Shown: piece after piece, positions 1 through 12,993 of the stretch
Position numbering within the stretch: the stretch's first letter is position 1
Layout: each line of letters opens with the position of its first letter
From: Podarcis gaigeae
Taxonomy: Eukaryota
Direction: 5' to 3' (one strand)
Length of the DNA: 64,000 bases
NCBI GenBank assembly: GCA_964106915.2
Contig: OZ066919.1
Program-made: the position numbers and the translations under genes
Notes under the pieces: generated by a model
The model's database searches: none
What the model was told of the DNA's origin: nothing
The model's input: the letters and a program-made list of their open reading frames with translations, nothing else

Positions 1-405
1 AAGAAAAATTGATGGACTATGCAGAACTGGCAAAATTGACATATAAGCTACAGGACAAGGATAACTGGCTTTGTAAAAGGTTCCCATTCATCCTTAAAGT
101 ATCTGAAGATGCAACAAAGCAAACTGGACTCCCTGGCAGGTTTTGAATAAACATTCACAATTTTTTTACTGATAATAATCAGCTAAACAGTTTGAGGATC
201 TATACAACTTTGTAACATGCAGAAAACAGCATTATTAGAGAAACCAAAGACTGGAACTGAGGGAAGTCCGGGGGGGGGGGTGGATTCTGTGTGGGAGGGG
301 GGAGGGAGGAAAAATGGGGGGGGGAATAAGGATGATATGTTTTTGGATAATATGTCTTGTTATAATTTTGAACAAACAAAAAACAAAGAGCAAGTTGTAT
401 TCATA
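1..405 (+). mobile_element. L1-clade LINE 3' end fragment
   Basis: Begins with an ORF2 C-terminal-like EKLMDYAELAKLT, followed by a G-rich/A-rich 3' UTR; homologous to fragments at 43916 and 51550. Confidence 0.7.
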
Positions 406-3400
406 TAAGCAGGCCACTCTGTTTCACCAATTTTTGAGTTGTTGACATATGACATTGCGAGGAAGACCACCTGAAGGCCTGGCACCAAATCTGCTTATAT
501 GTGATGGTTTGTGCAGTGCTTGGTTTTCCTCAAACACCATAGAAGATATTGCTGCTGGAAATCAGTACAAATTTACTAAGAAGCCCATAAAATTTTTTTA
601 TTGCCAGATAAAACCATTTCTGTGTGCATAGTGAATAAATGCTTTTAATTCTCAAATGGCACAGTGAGAGACTCCAAAGATTATGCCCTTACTTAGGTCC
701 TGCGACGAATCTGCATTTTCCAAGAATCCATTAAGAACGATGGGATTACTAGAACTGTAACACAGACCCAAGTCTGTCCATAGTTTATGACTTATTTATT
801 CCATTACCATTTTCCCAAGTAGTCCAGGTTAGCATATATGTGTTCACAAACACTCACACACCAGCTTTATTACCACAACAACCCCATGGTTGTTGCATAT
901 CAGTCGTTGGGAGCTATTAACCAAATAATTTCTCTTCTGCCTTTTTACATCTGAAAGCTTCATATGGCAATCAGAAAGAATCTTTCTCTGAGAACAAGAT
1001 TTACGCACACACAAACGTGTTTACGGGGCTGAAACATCAAATGCATTTAAATGTCTATGGAATGATGACCACTTTGATGCATTAAGCTATCCTTTTTATT
1101 TATTTAGATTACTTACCCACACTTTAACATAAGATCCTAGTGCTGATTACCAAAATTAAAAATATAAAAAATCCAGTTATAAAATAAAGAAAACCGTTAC
1201 AGCCATAAAAAAGGAAAATGTAAAAGCACTTAAAAACAGTTTCATCTGTAAAACAACTCCACATATGAAAACAATACGAACACTTTAAAACAATTCTGCA
1301 TATAAAAACAGTTAAGTTTTTAAAAAATCCAAAACAGATGCAGACTGGGACCTTACAACTTTGTCTTCCTCACCTACATTTCCCATGATTCCTCAGAACA
1401 TTTCCGTGTCTACTCTTCTTCGCCAAGAACAACACATGCCTATGTGGAAGGTGTGTGGGTTTCCCTTGGTTCTCTTGTTTCCTTTCCTCAACTTCTTGTC
1501 TGTTTCCATTCAGGTCCTTGCCTCTCACCCTTGTGCATTCCTAATTCTCTTCAGCTCATCCCGCTTCATTCAGTCACCCTGCCTGCTAGTCCTGCCATCA
1601 CTGGTCTCCCAATTCCTGGTTTCTCTTCTTACCCAGCTTCCAAAACTTCATGAAACTCTTTTCTGCCTCTGGGGTCAAAGAATATGCACTATTTACACTG
1701 CTTACTGGGCCTTTGGCTGCGCTAGAGATGTCTATGGACATTCTGTGACATCACAGCAGCTCAGTCTATGGTAAGGAGGGATTGCACACAAGTATTTGGT
1801 GGGTTTTCACCTTATTAAAATATGTTGCATGATAACCGCCCATTGTTCCTTACAACTTTAAAAAAAATAAAAATACCTTTCAGCCAAAGTCCTTTAATTT
1901 CCCTCTAGGGGAAAAAAGGGGGAGGGGAGACATTAAAAATGCCTCAAACTAGTGTAAATAGCTGAAATGTTTTATGTCTCACATGAGTTTTACTTTAAAG
2001 CCAAAAGAGAGAGAGGACATTTATCTGCAGGCACAGCTACATAATCAGTTACCAAGGGGACATAACAAGGACTATTCAGCTGCCTCCATTTCTAGAGATA
2101 GTCAAGGTTAGACTAGACTAGACAAAGGACTCTTGGGATACTCCAAGAGGTGAATTTATGCTTCCCTGCAGCAGACCTTGCAAGAGGACAAAGCTGAATC
2201 ACACATGGCTTGTGCCTTGCACATCCTAAATGCTGATAAATTGAAATCAATGAGAAGTTTGCCAGAACATAGAAAAAGAGCAATACTTTGCCAGTCACTG
2301 TCCTTCATGACACTGTAGTATATTAGTGAACATAACTGATTTCAATGGGGAAATTAGGATACAGTGACATTCCAACTGTCTTTACTATAATTAACTGCCA
2401 TTCATTTAAATAGGACTTGTTTTGCATGCTTAGGACTGTGGCCTGAAGCAGACACTGGTTACCTTTCATTGGAAGTGGGAAACCTTTAGCTCTCCAGATG
2501 TAGCTAGCTGGGTTACCATTTTCATCATCCCTGATCATTGGCCGTGCTAGCTCGGGGCTTATGGGAATTGAGAATTCAACATCTGTAGAAGCTATGAATT
2601 CCCCACCTTGCCTTACATGCAACTGAGATGCAGGAGAACACAGTTCAGGCTGCTAGAGTCAAGGTGTATCTCTCTCTCTCTCTCTGAGCTCTTAACCAAA
2701 GTATCAGGAACCTCATGCAGAGGATTGTCTTGCTTTGGGAAGGATAGGAATAAATGGACACAGAATGAAGGTAGACTCCGTCGTAAGGGAGCTCCTTGGG
2801 ACTTTTTACAGCAGCTCTTTGGTCCAGTACTGTAATGTGTGTAGCTATTTCTTGACTAATTTCCTCTCTAGAAGATCATATTGGTTTGTGTAGCATTAAT
2901 GACTAGGTCACATATCATCACTGTCTGCCTGTCAGAGATATGGACCAGATCCTAGGCTGGTGTAGATTAAAATAGCTACTTTGATTTCAGAGCTCAGCAA
3001 AAACTAGCTCAGCACATCACTTGCAAAGGGTGCTCAATTAAGTAATTGTAATTACAATAACAACAAAAATGGTGCTCTCCCTGGCACAGTGCAATTGAAA
3101 TAGAAGCTACAACTCATTGCCTTTCAACTCCCTGTTTTATGGATTGTATATTAGCTCATTTTGAGATATTCCCTTTTGTTTCTGAGATAGTCCAAGGGTC
3201 TATGATTGGCTGGGCAGATTAAAATTTAAAAGACACTTTGAATCTCCTATTCCATGCAAAGGAGCCCCAAAGACTTTCTTGTTTTGTACAAGGCTAAGGT
3301 CATTTATTAATTCTTATTGCTTATTATATAAATGTATGCCCTGACTTTCCACACTAGGCTCTCAAAGCTGCTTTCCCAATGGTTTTTTGCATAGATCTGC

Positions 3401-5099
3401 TGATCATCCTGGATCTCTGACGCTTCAATATGTGGGATGGGGAACAGACCTGTAGCCTTCCGGAAGCTGTTAGACTCCCAACTCCTGTCAGTCCCAGCCA
3501 GCATAGCTAGTGCCACATCTTAGAAGCCCACATTGTGCTAGGGGCCAGCGGGGCTGCAATGTTTAGCCACCTAACTGGTTGGATTTATCAGTTGAAAACC
3601 CTACTGGATTATTAAAAAGGAGCACCTGATTAATTAGACAGCAGCACTTTTCAAAAAAAAGATAAATGGTTTTTATAAAGAAGTACGGTACTTGGAAAAA
3701 GTGAATGTGGCAGGTGCTATTTCAGAAGAAGCCTCTTTCCTTCTCTTCCAACATGGGACAATCCCTCTAAGATAGTGGCAGGTGTAGCAAAAATTGTGCA
3801 TCATCTAAAAACCAAGAAAACACTACTTTTTGTCAAGACTCTGTTTTTCATTCATATGCAAATATATGCAGATGATGTATTAAATGGTTAGAAGCTATAC
3901 AATGAATTGACTGAAGATTATCTTCTGTTGGAAGACAGCACTAATTCCAAGTAATGCCTTTCAGCAACACCATCTGTTGAGACACTTGTAGGCCTTTCTT
4001 CTTCTGCCAGCTCAAGTTCTTAGAAGAGTCACCCCGCTCTCTGAAACATTGAGGATAGGACACTTTCAAGATGGCCACCATTCAGCAGCGCAGGCTAAGA
4101 GTAGCAGAGTGCACCACTATATTTGTTTATGCTCACTGCCACCAGAGAGCCACTGGTGTAAATAGCAGGGCGGTTTATAGATCTAGTAGCACACACTCCT
4201 CTTCCTCTATTGTCATCAAATATGTTTAGGCTGGATCAGTCTTGCAGGTAAATGAACAAGATATATCCAACCACCTCCATAGACCTGTGAGTCTGCAAGC
4301 CACTTACACAAGAGGAGTCTAAGACTCTAAGCTGCTCACTCAGATGTTTGAACTACTCACTCAGAAGTCTGAGCTAGACAGACATGTAGTTGATCCTGAT
4401 CAACCCCACCCAGAGTTCTGTAAGTCTCATGGGCTTCTGCTTTGTTTACTGTATTTATACTCCACATGTCTGTAGATAACAACCAAAGCAACTTACCAAA
4501 CAATGAAAAAACAACTTGCAGCTGACGTCAGATGCCCACATTTTCTCAGCAACGTTCTGGAACAACTGGATGAGTTTTATAAGAGGATTGGGTAGTCATT
4601 GGCCTACCCCCATCCTCTGAGTGTTGCTACCTAGCCAGTTGAAGGGTCAGGGCCTTCTGCAGCCACTGGCTCCTTCTGGGCAATATTTCCACTTCTGAAG
4701 ATCTCTCTTGATACCCCAAGGTGTCTGTGGACTGGCCATTAGAGCCAGGTAGCAAAGGTGTCTCCTCAAGGCTCAGGAAAAGTGGGCTATGGTGCCCATG
4801 GATATCTGAAAGACAGCTTTTCTCCCCTTAGCAATCTTACTTGGCAAAGTACAGTGGCAGGAGATTGCTGGCCATGTTCCAGACACAATGTCAGTCTGTT
4901 TGGGGTAGGTGGGCATGATAAAGAAGTTCAACAGGACCTTCTGGTGCCCAATGCAGGCAGAGAGGGCATCCCAGATTGGGCCCCACCAGAGACTAAGGCA
5001 CACAGGAGTTTCCTGGCAGACAAATTAATGGGTAAAGTATTCCCTTGAGGGAGAAGGTCTGAAAAAATATCCAAGAGACAAGAACAGCTATCTACAGTA

Positions 5100-5119
5100 A
5101 TATCTATCTATCTATATCT

Positions 5120-5167
<48 letters not shown>
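5100..5167. repeat. Compound (TATC)/(TATATC)/(TA)n microsatellite
   Basis: Directly visible. Confidence 0.95.
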
Positions 5168-5169
<2 letters not shown>

Positions 5170-6920
5170 TAACATTGTTCCTCAGCTTTGTGAATTACAG
5201 TGCAATCCCCCCCCACACACACATACTCTTGATGACAAAGGGGATGGGGAGGATTCAGCCTAAGCTCCGCTTTGCCATGGGACTCCACCATTGAGGCTCC
5301 ATTTTCACCTAAGTGGGCAATAAGCTACCACCAATGGTAGTCCCACCAACAGCTGCAGACAGTAGTCACCAAAAAAAGAGAATGGTGGGTGGCAGCAAAA
5401 TGGCTGACAGTTTTGGATCTGCTGAATGCAAAGCCCCATGGGATCCCCTTCAGAACAGGGATGGGGGCATCTTAGGCCTGAGGGCTAGATGCAGCTATCC
5501 AGGACTCTGCATTGCCCTTGGGACTCCTCCCATGCCATACAACCTCCCATGCCACACCTCTCACCAGCCCTGCTCTGCTTTCCCCCCAAGAGCTTTTGCT
5601 AGGCCTGAATGCATCTGATAATGCCTTTTGCTTGCATGGATGGAGGTGAGGAGTACTGTATGTGAAGAGGCTAGCCTACTACTGCACAAACATAAAATTC
5701 ACATTTATCACTCTCCGCTCACTTTTGCTTCTGGCCTTGCCTGTGGCTGACATTTGACCCCTGAAAGGTTTTCTGGAGCAGAATGTGGCCCTCAGGCTGA
5801 AAAATGTTTCTCATCCCAGCTTTAGGGGTCCCAATCTTCAGGCCTGTCAACTTCAGTGGCCTGGAACAGTTGTAGCAAAAACCACCATGGCATGGGCAAG
5901 CCAGCAGCAGGGGATCCACCACCACTGTCCTTCTGGGCCGCTTGTTAGGCATGTTCTTCCAGTTCAATTTTTATTCTGGGTTTTATTGTTGGTCATCGTT
6001 TATAGAAAGGCAGAGTGTAAATGCAATAAAATACTGTAAATATAAATAAACCCTACTGGTGGTGTGTGTCGAATAAGCAGCCTCACTTCTGCATAAATAT
6101 AGCAGTGGTGCTTAAGCTTCAGTTTCTAAAAAGTATACTTGATACTCTACCACTGAAGCATCACAGATAATTTCTCCCACTTTAGAAAGGGTCATCTGCA
6201 AGGCCAGTGTGCCTTCCAAATCCCTCTAAAGGGCTTAATACTGGTGTAGCACAGAGTTTATGCTCCCTCCCAGGGCAGACATGAGTGCGAGCCTGCATTT
6301 AAAACTAAAATAAAGCTTTTCCCTACTATCTGTTCATCTGTATCTTTCCCCACTCAGCACTCTGCTTTTTTATTGTGACCAATGAATCATGGCACTCTTA
6401 TCTCTTTGATACCTAACAGTCGTGGAGATCACATTGTCCATTTCTAAATAGGGGCCCAGCACAGTGACCCCCATTCTCTTCCGTTCTGCTTGAGCGACAG
6501 GTTTTTGCAGCAAGATTTATTGCTGAATCAAAGTATGTGACTACCCGTAACCAGATCAAATGTAAGATAAACTTTTGCTGTTAGGGAGAAGATTCCCTTT
6601 AATTTGCATGTTAGTGATATGAAATTGCAAATTGTGAAATGAGTTTGCTCGTTTTTATAAAAACAAGAACAACAGATAAACAATAAAGGCAAGGGAATGT
6701 TTAAAAGTGGGGTAGGAGAGAAGAAAGTTTTACCAGTGAAATGGAACATCGCAGGTGCAGTATTCAATTACTCGTCTAGCATAATCCTTGAGCAGGCAAG
6801 TAGTGAATGTGTGTCAGATAGTCAGTTGTCCGCAGCTGTAGTCCAGGGCATTGAATGCTCCCTCCCTTAGGAATGCGTGTATTTATATTAATCAAAGATG
6901 AAGTGCCAGAAAAAAACACA

Positions 6921-7248
6921 GGTAAAGGACCCCTGGACAGTTAAGTCCAGTCAAAGGTGACTATGGGGTGTGGCACTCATCTCACTACAGGCCAAGGGAG
7001 CTGCCATTTGTCCACAGACAGCTTTCCGGCTCATGTGGCCAGCATGACTAACTGCTTCTGGCACAACAGGACACCGTGACGAGTGCCAGGGCGCACAGAA
7101 ATGCTATTTATCTTCCTGCCACAGTGGTACCTATTTATCTGCTTGCACTGGTGTGTTTTCAAACTGCTAGGTTGACAGAAGCTGGGACAGAGCAATGGGA
7201 ACTCACCACCGTCGAGTGGATTTGTACCGCTGACCTTCTGATCGGCAA
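6921..7248 (-). mobile_element. Sauria SINE (5'-truncated, diverged)
   Basis: ggtaaaggacccctggacagttaagtccag...gtggccagcatgact...cctatttatct...accttctgatcggcaa; reverse complement of the 8976 copy. Confidence 0.85.
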
Positions 7249-7839
7249 ATATACTTAGGCTTCTGCATAAAGGCTGACAAGGTGGGCCAACAGACCTGGC
7301 AGTCTTAGTTAGGTCCACACTCCAGAGTCCCAGTTTTAAAAAACTCTCAGCTTGTCTAAAATGAGGCCAATCCCTCCCCCCTCTTCAGTGTTAAGAGGAT
7401 GAATGCATTCAGAATCATGAAGTGTACTATCCCTATGTTCCATTTAAAAGAACAACAAAATTCAACACACTCTAGATTTCCTAAACTAACAGAGCTGCTG
7501 TACATCGTCTGTGGTTCCCTACTATAGGGAGATGAAAATGACTCATAATCCTCATGAGATCGTTTTCAGATTCAAAACTGCAACTGCCCAATTGGATAAA
7601 TTATCACAGCTCAAGCTGACGCAAATGCCTTGCTAATACCCATTTGTCAACTTAATGAAATTCAGAAACAAGTTGCATGCTCATAATGAGCACAGATGCC
7701 TTCATGATGGGATCACAACCTTGAACAAGAGGAAAGCCAAGCTCGGAACAACAGATCAGTGCTCATTTAAATAAAAATGCATTCATGACTCTTACATATA
7801 GGCCATGGGTATCATGACGCACAGAAGGCACTGATATTA

Positions 7840-7916
7840 TCCAATTTCGTTGCACTTGTGCAATGTTGCACTTGTGTAATGACAATAAAGAATCTATCTA
7901 TCTATCTATCTATCTA
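7840..7916 (+). mobile_element. Rex1/Babar-like LINE 3' tail with (TATC)n
   Basis: aatttcgttgcacttgtgcaat...gacaataaag followed by (tatc)n; includes a short internal duplication. Confidence 0.5.
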
Positions 7917-8975
7917 TTTGGATCATGTTCAAAAGGTGGCCTACTTTTTAAATTGCAGGTGAGCAAGATTTCTTCCTTTCTCCTGCCTGAAAAATCTCAT
8001 AGTTTTCAAAAATAAAGCCAGGGAACAAACACTGGTAAAAGGCTTGCTGTAATAAAGTAGCCACAAGAACCTCTGAAATATAAACATAAAGATCATTCTG
8101 CCAAATACTTACTCTATTCTTTCACTAGACTCAATTAGCATTAGTAAGGCATAACAATAGCTGTAACACTTTGATTGCATTAGAGGAGGTTGTTGTGCAA
8201 GGTATGTGAGTGCAAGAATCACTCATTTCTTGAAGACTCGTCACAGAGCTATGCAGCAATTTGATGCAATGCACCAAATAATAAAAACAGGAAAAAACCC
8301 TCATCTCACTCTACATCCAGAGTTAAGACTGTATACTTTTTTTCCCTACATGCACAGGTATTTCTTCACGAAACTTGTAGACAGCTGAAATGCACCATGG
8401 CAGTGACAGTGATGGGGTCAGATGGGCTCCTTCACTCCGAACATCTTTATGTCCCTCAAGCTGTGGAGTCTGCCTGGTGTTCTCTACTGTGCTGTCAGTC
8501 TAAGCAACTCAAAGAAGCAAATTGTTATTCCCCACACTTGGAAAGGCAGAAGGTCTTGAGTGTCTGGATCTAGGATGATTTCCTGGCCAAAGGTTTGTGA
8601 ATAACGTAACCCATAAGAATCATATTTATTCAGTGAACTCATATATAACCAAAACAGCACCATTCCTGCACAAGAAGGAGCTATCATCAGGATTTGGGGG
8701 GACTCCAACATTGTAGGAGTACAAAAACTTTGGGCAGAATTAGGAGAGAACCCCTCCCCCAAAAAAGAAAAAAACTCGAAGAGGCCTGAACATGAACATA
8801 GTGACTGTGGAATGCTGGTTTATGATTGGATAGAGAAGGGGATGGTAAATTGAGGTGTGTAGAAGGGAATGGAATATCCTGGCTGGAATCAGCTTGTAAA
8901 TCTTCTCATTGGTTGAGTGGTGTTTTCAGGTATCAGTATGGTTCACGTATATTATCTAGCTGTAAGCCTTTCAAC

Positions 8976-9338
8976 GGGACGCAGGTGGCGCTGTGGGTTA
9001 AAGCCTCAGCGCCTAGGACTTGCCGATCGAAAGGTCGGCGGTTCGAATCCCTGCGGCGGGGTGCGCTCCCGCTGCTCGGTCCCAGCGCCTGCCAACCTAG
9101 CAGTTCGAAAGCACCTCCGGGTGCAAGTAGATAAATAGGGACCGCTTACCAGCGGGAAGGTAAACGGCGTTTCCGTGTGCGGCTCTGGCTCGCCAGAGCA
9201 GCGATGTCACACTGGCCACGTGACCCGGAAGTGTCTCCAGACAGTGCTGGCCCCTGGCCTCTTGAGTGAGATGGGCGCACAACCCCAGAGTCTGTCAAGA
9301 CTGGCCCGTACGGGCAGGGGTACCTTTACCTTTACCTT
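8976..9338 (+). mobile_element. Full-length Sauria SINE with 13-bp TSD
   Basis: tRNA-derived head (gggacgcaggtggcgctgtgg, B box ggttcgaatcc), (TTTACC)n tail, TSD taagcctttcaac at 8963-8975 and 9339-9351. Confidence 0.95.
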
Positions 9339-9363
9339 TAAGCCTTTCAACACTGCTGTAAAG

Positions 9364-9701
9364 CAGGGCCGGGGCATGTTTTCAGCTGCACTGACTTATG
9401 GTCAATTCTAGGGGCCACATGCAAGTGCTGGATGAGGCCAGAGGCAAAAGTAGGTGGAGCAACAGGTGTGAGTTTTCCCTTTGCAGAAGAGGCTACATTC
9501 CAGCTGTGCAAAAATATCTCTCTATCCCAGCAAACAAAAGGCATTTTCTCAGTTTAAGGACACTTCCCACTAGGCAAAAGCACTCAAGGAGGGCATGGAG
9601 CGGGAACACTGAGAGGTGTGGCCTGGGAAGAGACCTGAGGGCTAGACAGAGAATCCCAGATGGCCACATTTGGTCCCTGGGCCTAAGGTTTCCGACCCCT
9701 G
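9364..9701. mobile_element. hAT (Charlie-like) non-autonomous element
   Basis: CAGGG...CCCCTG termini; imperfect 8-bp TSD ctgtaaag/ctataaaa. Confidence 0.55.
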
Positions 9702-10602
9702 CTATAAAAGTTTAATCAGTAGTATTATTCCCCGCACTGCAAATGACACGACTGTGTCAGAGAATGTGTAGCTTGCTTACAGTCAGCTTGTGAATCAAGG
9801 TAGAAGCAAGATTCAGACCAGAGACTTTCCGACTTAAAGTTCAGATCCCATAGCCATTCTACTCAACCAAATCTAGCAACTATGTTTTTTTGCAAAACTC
9901 TTAGCAAAGTAAAACTGCATTTTGCTTCATGTCGTATCTATCCTATGAGGTAGATCATGTCCGCGTGAAAGCTGAGAGAAAGCACACATGGACTGCACAT
10001 CAAGATGAGAGAATTATGCTCATTCTTAGACATTAGAACAAAAAGTAAGTTCTATATCATGGGGAGATATATATACAACTTTAGGGAAGAGTATTACTTT
10101 CTATACCCAGCTCCCAACTGAATTGAGGGTTTTTTTGCATCAAGAGACCCATTCTGTGCTCAGAATGCACTGCTTGCATATGATTTCCGTCTTGTATTGT
10201 AGTAGCAGAATCTGGAATATTATCGAATACCAAGTGACCACGTTGTAACTTACCACAGCTTGAATATAACCGCAGTGAATGTGGTGAGCCAGTTGCTTTT
10301 ATCATCCTGCGAAGTGGTGAGGAGAATTTTATTGCGTATTGTGTGTGGAATGTATGTTGAAAAGTAATCTCTATATATTCTTTCCAACAGTGGGCAGCTA
10401 AAGTTACAGTAAAAGCAGGGAAACAATAGATGGATTCAGAGTAGGCATTTCCACTGCTTCATGAGGCTCAAAACGCTTAATTGCTTGAAAACATGATGGT
10501 CACAAAACCATCAGAACCCTTGAAATTACCCTGTAGGATGATCTCACAAGTATGTAAATTGCTGCAGGAATATGCAGTGTACACTTGCTTGAAATAATAA
10601 TA

Positions 10603-10828
10603 CAGTGGTACCTCGGGTTACAGACGCTTCAAGTTACGGACTCCGCTAACCCAGAAATAGTACCTTGGGTTAAGAACTTTGCTTCAGGATGAGAACAGAA
10701 ATCATGTGGCAGCAGCGTGGTAGCAGCGGGAGGCTCCATTAGCTAAAGTGGTACTTCAGGTTAAGAACAGTTTCAGGTTAAGAACAGACTTCCAGAATAA
10801 ATTAAGTTCTTAACCCAAGGTACCACTG
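10603..10828. mobile_element. Tc1/mariner (Tigger-like) MITE
   Basis: TIRs CAGTGGTACCTCGGGTTA/TAACCCAAGGTACCACTG, TA TSD; same family at 29465, 54494 and 61781. Confidence 0.9.
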
Positions 10829-12599
10829 TAAGCATGACTTGGGAGAGTACAGCAATTTACACATGTTCACAACTGTGTGATTATACATGTATATAGCATT
10901 TGCAGAAGTAGTTTCACTGAAAAGGTAAACTGAAGCAGCCATCCAATCATAGAATTGTAGCGTCAGAAGATACCACAAGAGTTATCTAGTCCAGCCCCCT
11001 GCAATTACTAAAGTATAGCTGACAGAGGGCTATCCATCAATCCAACAGTCCTTTCTTACAAATCTTGGAGTGGAGACATGCAAGATTTGTTGCAAAATGG
11101 GTGGAGACATGATGTGAATGGATGCTCACCAAAGGAAGGAATGACTCAAGTATCCAATAGGTTCAGTTAATATATCCATTGCTGTCTCTGTCCAATGGCT
11201 CTGTCTCCCTAGAGCAGGAAACAAAAACAAAAAAACAATGCAGTGCTTCAAGAGAATCATATTGTGATCACAACTCTTTGTTTATTAATATTTTACCCTT
11301 CCATTCCTCCCAAAGGAAGTATGAACACAGTGGTATTCATGGGGTTTACACCTTGACAAACTGCAGCCCAAGTTTCCTGTTCCATTTCTTCCCCACTTCT
11401 TGCTTGGCAAGTGCAATTTAGCTTCTTGACGAATGTGAAAAGTTGGTCCTCAGGTCTCTGCTTGGCATCCTTTCTGGGAGTCTTTGTATGGGCAGCTGAT
11501 GCATTGCAAACCCCCCCCCCCCCATTTTTAAGTCCGTGACTGCATCCTCTAAACTAATTTCCCACCAGCCAGCAAAGCTGGTTGGCAAGAGCTGCCTAGA
11601 GGAGGCCTCCTGCTGTTTGGGCCTGGCAAGAGCCTGCTCATTAGCACAGATGGGGGTTCTCATCTTTTAGGCTAATAGGAGCTTAATGGACTGGTTTTAT
11701 TATCTGCCTGCTCCGGGCAAAAGCTTCACTGCCCACAGTGCTCTGAAGTTGTTGGGGATTTATTTTATTTTAATTTTGGACTGCCAGGATGTGTTACTGG
11801 CTGAAGGGTGACCCCGGACCAGCACCGAGATAAACAAAGGAGGACTCTTAACTCTTGTGTCACTTCTCTGCTGTTTAATCATGACCCTGGTTCTTATTTC
11901 ATTTCTATATTTGCAGTCATTTTTCCTGGCAGCCTTAACTGGTCACCCCTCCTGCACTCATTTATTCAGAGAGAGAATTCCTTCCAGAGTGTTTATTTAT
12001 GGACAGTGCAAGGAGTTTTGCACTTTGCAGGGGAGCTACCCTAGAGGGAGCGAAACATCACTGGCTGGCATATTATGCATTCATAGTTACCTGAGCAATA
12101 TAAATGCAGGGTGAATGAGAAGCCATAATTGGGTGGCATTGTGCTCCTGGCCCTTTGGTGACATCATGCTGAGCAAAAACAAACAAACCTCTAGCAAGTG
12201 GAAGAGGTCACATCGTATGCATCACCATCACCTGCATTTTTGGCAGTAAAAGGCACAGTTGCATTATTGGGGTGCTTTCACCCCATGGTGTCACCATTCC
12301 TAAATAGAAATGCTGAATATGAACTGAAGCAGAAGACAAAATTACAATCAACCCAAGGTTAGAATGACACTGGGGCTCCAGGAGCCCTAAAATCTATTTC
12401 ATTCTGAATATTTAAAAATAAGAGGGAGGATTCACTTAAGGGATGGAGCTTCCTCGCTTTCCTTCTCTACCATGCCCTCTGAAATTGGCTTGGGGAGGAG
12501 TCAGGAGATCCCTCCAGCACATGGGGAAGAGAGGGGAGGTTGTTCCTTCTGGCAAGCTGGAATGCTTGTGCAGATGGAGAAGTTGGAAGAGCACAATTG

Positions 12600-12700
12600 T
12601 TCCCTGCTGGCCTCTGTTTGGCCACTGTGTGAACAGAATCCTGAACTAGATGGGCCATTGGCCTGATACAGAAGGCTGTTCTTATGTTCCTATGTCCTTA
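12600..12700 (+). mobile_element. CR1 LINE 3' end
   Basis: gaactagatgggccattggcctgat...ttcttatgttcctatg tail. Confidence 0.7.
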
Positions 12701-12744
12701 TCATGTTGAATTTAATCAAAGATCTTTTGCTGCACTCTTTAGCC

Positions 12745-12993
12745 CATGGGTAGGTAAACTAAGGCCCGGGAGCTGAATCCGGCCCAATCGCCTTCTCAAT
12801 CCGGCCCGCGGACGGTCTTGGAATCAGCATGTTTTTACATGAGTAGAATCTGTGCTTTTATTTAAAATGCATCTCTGGGTTATTTGTGGGGCACAGGAAT
12901 TCATTCATCCCCCCCAAAAAAAATAGTCCGGCCCCCCACAAGGTCTGAGGGACAGTAGACCGGCCCCCTGCTGAAAAAGTTTTGTGACCCCTG
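12745..12993. mobile_element. hAT-Charlie-like MITE
   Basis: catgggtaggtaaactaaggccc...tttgtgacccctg; same family as 47546-48105. Confidence 0.75.

Noticed and set aside
8976-9055. tRNA-like sequence
   Set aside because: It is the head of a Sauria SINE, continuous with the SINE body and TSD.
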